From: Macrostomum hystrix
Lineage: Eukaryota > Animalia > Platyhelminthes
Reading direction: 5' to 3'
Length of the DNA stretch: 64,000 nt
NCBI GenBank assembly: GCA_950097015.1
Contig: CATNEN010000033.1
Location: 4,898,001 to 4,962,000, forward strand
Shown in pieces: positions 59,630 through 64,000 of the stretch. The notes under the pieces are model-generated. The model searched no databases and was not told the origin of the DNA. It worked only from the letters and a program-made list of their open reading frames with translations. The first letter of the stretch is position 1. Each line of letters opens with the position of its first letter. A program made the translations under genes and the position numbers.

Positions 59630-62600
59630 TCAGACCTCAGTTCTCCTCTTCCATACTGGAGAGTCCAAGACCTCTTCGCCATCGCCGCTGCTGACTCCGC
59701 TGGCTCCGCCGCCGTTGCTTGCCAGTAAAGTACTATTGGCGATTCGAGCGCCCCTGCCAGTACGACAGCTATTTGACCCACTGGCATTGTTATGACAGTG
59801 GTTATTGTTCAGCAGTCTATCGCTGCTGGACTCAGTGCCGGACAGTTCGGCCATGTCGGTGGCCTCGCGAGCCGCCTCCGAAGCGTACGGTGTCAGATCG
59901 CGACGCTGACGCACGTCGGAAGCGGTGCAAAGGCACTGGCAGGGAGTCGCCAGCGGACCGCAGCCCGGGCAGCCCGCTTGGCACAGGTCGGCCCGCTCGT
60001 TGCCAAGGGTGACAATGACGCTGGGGAATACTAGGCAGGCGCCGAGCCAGGCCATGCCGGAGACAGTAATAAGGAATACGCCAGTCATGCGAGCCACATA
60101 GACACTCGAAGTGACCACGACAGCGCCGGCCAGGCAGGTGGTGGCAGCGGCGAAGGTAATGGGTGGAGCAGTCTTGCGCAAGACCAGCGCCGCGCGTGTC
60201 TCGCGACTCGGCTCCCGGTGGGTGCGAAATGCGACGCCATAGTGCAGAGTGAAGTCCACGGCCAGGCCGAAGGACGATGTGAGAATGACGCACTCGACAA
60301 TGTCGATGCACCAACCAAGCCAGAGAAGGACGCAGGCGGTGCCGCTGAGGGTCGCAGTCAGCACCAGTAGGGACTGGAGAGCCAGCAGCGGGTTCAGCAT
60401 CGTGAGCAGGAAGGTGACGGCGGCTGCGGCTAGCGCTGCTCCAGCGGACAGGAGCACGGCGGACTTTAGCGCCCGTCTGAGCTCCCACTCCTGCAGGCCC
60501 TCGGCATAGATGAATCCGGGCACCCCGGAGTCCGCGTTCAGGCCGGAGAACCAGGCTTCAAGGTCAGTCAACATGCGAGACATTTCCGTGAAGTTGGCGC
60601 CACTAGCCGGAACATCTGTGGCGTAAGACGCTCTGAAGGCGACCAGCCGACCAGCTTCGTCAAAGTAGAACGGCGCCTGATCATCCGCTTTATGCCTGCA
60701 ATGAGTCAGTGGATCGGACATGAATTCTATCAATTTGGGGCCCAACTACAAAATGTTATTACCCAAAACTACTACGTCTATGTTATACTGTGTATGCATC
60801 CTACGCCCAACGTCCTTTGTTACTACGTTCTCCTGAGATAATATAGCACTTCTTTATATTTTTCGAGGTACTATGGTTGACTCTTATTTTGTTGCAGGCT
60901 TCATTATCTATGCTTGAATCAGGCTTGAAGGCCACCCACCGGATCTCCCTGACGTAGGCCTCCATGCAGGCTTTGAAGCGGCCATAGTCGGACCTCATGA
61001 CATCGCCGCCACCGTCTCTGCAGCAGGCGTCGCCAATGCGACAGTGCGGCTGCTTGGAAATGAGCTGAAAGCTGTGCGGCAGGGCAGTCTCGTGGCCGTT
61101 GAAGATGCAGAACAAGCTGTCGTGGCTGATGAAGGAGGCCATGAAGGGCGCTCTCTTAACAGCCAGAGTGCAGAACCGCTCGAACCAAATTCGAGTGCCG
61201 TTAGACACGAACAGAGAAGATTTTTGGTTGCCGAGTCGCTGGTAATTGATTGGCATCCAAGATTCTGGCGATAAAAAGTGCCGTCCGTCCTTTGGTAGAA
61301 CGCCCCAAACTAAGTGCACGCGTACTTTGGGCTGCGGAGCCAGTGTTTGCAGATGGAAGGCCTAACGGAAGGTTTGATGTTGGCGAGTGAACGTTAGCAT
61401 GTGTGACATTAGACAGCGCACTATTAAGAGCTGAAATAGAATTCTGCATTAGAATGGCAGCAGCACTCGGTTCCATTAGGTCTCTGGGCACACCTATACT
61501 GTGCCTTGTAGTTTGGGCCTCATGGGTGTAAATTGCCAGACAAATCCCTGAGACTACTCTCCACGATAGTAGAATTTTATCTATTCTATCTTGGGGCTGC
61601 ACCCCAAGTCAATGCGACCTCGCCGCGGATTCGAGATCAGGGACATTGGTGCGGGAGGTTTTTGGAGGGTTTACCCTGCGATACTTGGCGTGGAAGCCTT
61701 CCACCGGATTGTCCGGCGTGAACAGCGACCTTCGGCTGGTTCGCGGAAACCGCATGCCCGGATAGTAGGCTACGGAGAGAAAGCAGAAGATAATGACGCC
61801 AACGACGCACAGGTGTACCAGGTAGCGCAGACGGATTGCCACCTGATGGGGTGTTGTCAGGTCAAGGTGCAGATTTTTTAAGTATTCAGGACAGTCGAGA
61901 GGGCCTCACTATTGGTACTGTATACTATTGAAATCTGAGCCCAAGGGGACCCACCAGCGAGAGGAGCCGCACGCAGCCGGCCGTGACTGCGGCCGCCCAG
62001 CCGCCCATCTGAGGCCGTCGCAGCCGCTCGCAGGCAGCCGCCGGAGCTCGGCAGGTCTGTTCAGCGACGACAATAACTGCGGGCACAACCGTCAGCATGA
62101 AGAACAAGTTGAAGCCGACGGTCAGGGAGGCGTAGATGGCGAACGAATTGATGGCCACAATCGGCGAGATGATGTTGGTGGCGAACGCGGCCACAGTGGT
62201 CAGACTGGTGACCGTCACGGAGAGCCCGGCGTGCTGCAGCGTGTCTGACAGCAGCTTCTCTAGGCGGCAGTCGCGGTGGTCCTTTGGATGGGATGGATGT
62301 GGAATGCTGGGTGTGGAATGCGGGGTGTGGAATGCTGGGTGTGGAATGCTGGGTGTGGAATGCGGGGTGTGGAATGCTGGGTGTGGAATGCTGGGTGTGG
62401 AATGCGAGGTGTGGAATGCGGGGTATGGAATGCTGGGTGTGGAATGCTGGGTGTGGAATGCTGGGTGTGGAATGTGGGGTGTGGAATGCGGGGTATGGAA
62501 TGCTGGGTGTGGAATGCTGGGTATGGAATGCTGGGTATGGAATGCTGGGTATGGAATGCGAGGTGTGCAATGCGGATGTGCAATGCGGATGTGGAGTGCT

Positions 62601-64000
62601 TAGGGGGCCTATTAGAGAATCCTCACCTTTTTGGCGTGTCTCCAGGCTGAGGCGATGACAAACACGTCATCAGAGCCGATGCCCACTGCCAGCACCACCG
62701 CCATGGAGTTCAGCATGCTGAAGTTGTTGGAGCCGCTAATTACGGCGCACACAGCGTAGGCCAGGGCCAGGCTGCACAGAATTACAGAAAGCGTGGCTGC
62801 CACCAGGAGCAATGATTCCGTGTACACCCATGTCACCAGGGCGATGCCCAGAATGGCCAGGGCCAGCCAGGACAAGCTGCCCAGGACAATCTCGCCGTAG
62901 AGCTTCAGCTCCGCCTGGGGACCCAGGGCGATGCCGGCCACGCGGATGGAATGATGCTGCGGCTGCAGCTGGAGGCGCATCAGCTCGGAGAACACTTCGC
63001 TGCGATCGTTGGGAAACTGAAAAACCGTCTGCACAATGCGCCGTGAAGCCGCAGTGTCCAAGGGGAGGTTCAAGCGGAACCCGGCGCCAAGTTGCCAGGG
63101 CCGGCAGCGGGGCGGAGGCTGTCGGTAGCTGACGCTGGAGTTCATGCTCAGATGCGGTGCGCATTCGGAGAGCAATTGCACGAATACGGCCACCTGCGGG
63201 ATTTGTAATATTACTGTGTTTAGGTACATTCTGAACAGGGTAGGGCGTTGAGGCTCGAGAATGTACGTTCGGGACAGAGTAGGGGGCGAGGGCCTAGAAT
63301 GTACATTCGGGACAGAGTAGGTGGTGAGGGTCGAGAATGCACATTCGGGACAGAGTAGGGCGGGGAGGGCCTAGAATGTACATTCGGGACAGAGTAGGGC
63401 GGTGAGGGTCGAGAATGTACATTCGGGACAGAGTAGGGCGGTGAGGGCCTAGAATGTACATTCGGGACAGAGTAGGGCGGTGAGGGCCTAGAATGTACAT
63501 TCGGGACAGAGTAGGGCGGTGAGGGCCTAGAATGTACATTCGGGATAGAGTAGGGCGGTGAGGGCCTAGAATGTACATTCGGGACAGAGTAGGGCGGTGA
63601 GGGTCGAGAATGTACATTCGGGACAGAGTAGGGCGGTGAGGGCCTAGAATGTACATTCGGGACAGAGTAGGGCGGTGAGGGCCTAGAATGTACATTCTGG
63701 ACAAAGTGATCTTTAGGGCGGTGATGTACGTTTGCCAAACAGAATAGAGAGTTAAAAAAGTCGAGAAAGCTAAAACTGAGGAATTTAAACATTTCTAAGC
63801 ATATCGGGGCGCACCTGGCTGGGCCGCAGCTGCCTGCAGGTAGTGAGGTTCGCCAGACTGGCCGCCAGGTTTGGCAGCGACAGCGCCGGCAGGCAGTTGA
63901 CGAAGCTGGCGTCCCGGTGGCAGGCGGCCTTGAAAGCGTCCGTGGCCGCGAGCCGCTCCTCCAGCTCGCAGATGCTGCGCAGTGGCACGAAGTCCAGGAT
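59630..64000 (-). CDS. DISP: Dispatched-like RND/sterol-sensing-domain protein, 3' six exons (5' end outside the window)
   Basis: Exons (>64000)-63815, 63193-62627, 62281-61955, 61842-61675, 61361-60940, 60695-59630, all phase-consistent. Motifs TM4 GIGSDDVFV, TLQHAGLSVTVTSLTT, VWGVLPKD and TM10 GLAVDFTLHYG. Confidence 0.93.
62290..62575. repeat. 14-bp minisatellite (GGAATGCTGGGTGT) filling a Dispatched intron
   Basis: Tandem array; the ORFs over it are artefacts. Confidence 0.93.
63255..63697. repeat. 39-bp minisatellite in a Dispatched intron, ~11 copies
   Basis: Unit GGGACAGAGTAGGGCGGTGAGGGCCTAGAATGTACATTC. Confidence 0.94.

Overview
Eukaryotic (metazoan) genomic DNA with GC-rich exons, AT-rich introns and about 27 unrelated micro/minisatellite arrays covering roughly 16 kb (~25%). 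This architecture suggests a flatworm such as Macrostomum, which is an inference only. Manually spliced genes are acylphosphatase (+), a divergent calmodulin-like protein (-), cytochrome b5 (+), a FABP (-), an orphan 2-TM protein (+), a candidate SAXO5/TEX45-like ciliary protein (+), a Tctex1-domain protein (-), NDUFAF3 (-), a WDR43/UTP5 C-terminal-domain gene (-) and the 3' part of a Dispatched homolog (-). Four transposons have mappable ends: hAT (8-bp TSD), Tc1 DD34E (TA TSD), an intact RTE-like LINE, and a young Mag-type Gypsy (5-bp TSD, LTRs differing at 2 of 281 sites). There is also a candidate non-autonomous inverted-repeat element, a tRNA-Ile with the eukaryote-atypical GAU anticodon, and a decayed tRNA-Lys. 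The most unusual signals are: intronic tandem arrays built from splice signals (about 66 branch-point plus pyrimidine-tract units, and AG|GT units); an in-phase array of heat-shock-element dyads; the G34 tRNA-Ile; an apparently WD40-less UTP5; and a co-oriented gene chain with 3' splice sites just before the start codons. No single novel multi-gene system can be proven from sequence alone. Most long ORFs in the supplied track are repeat artefacts.
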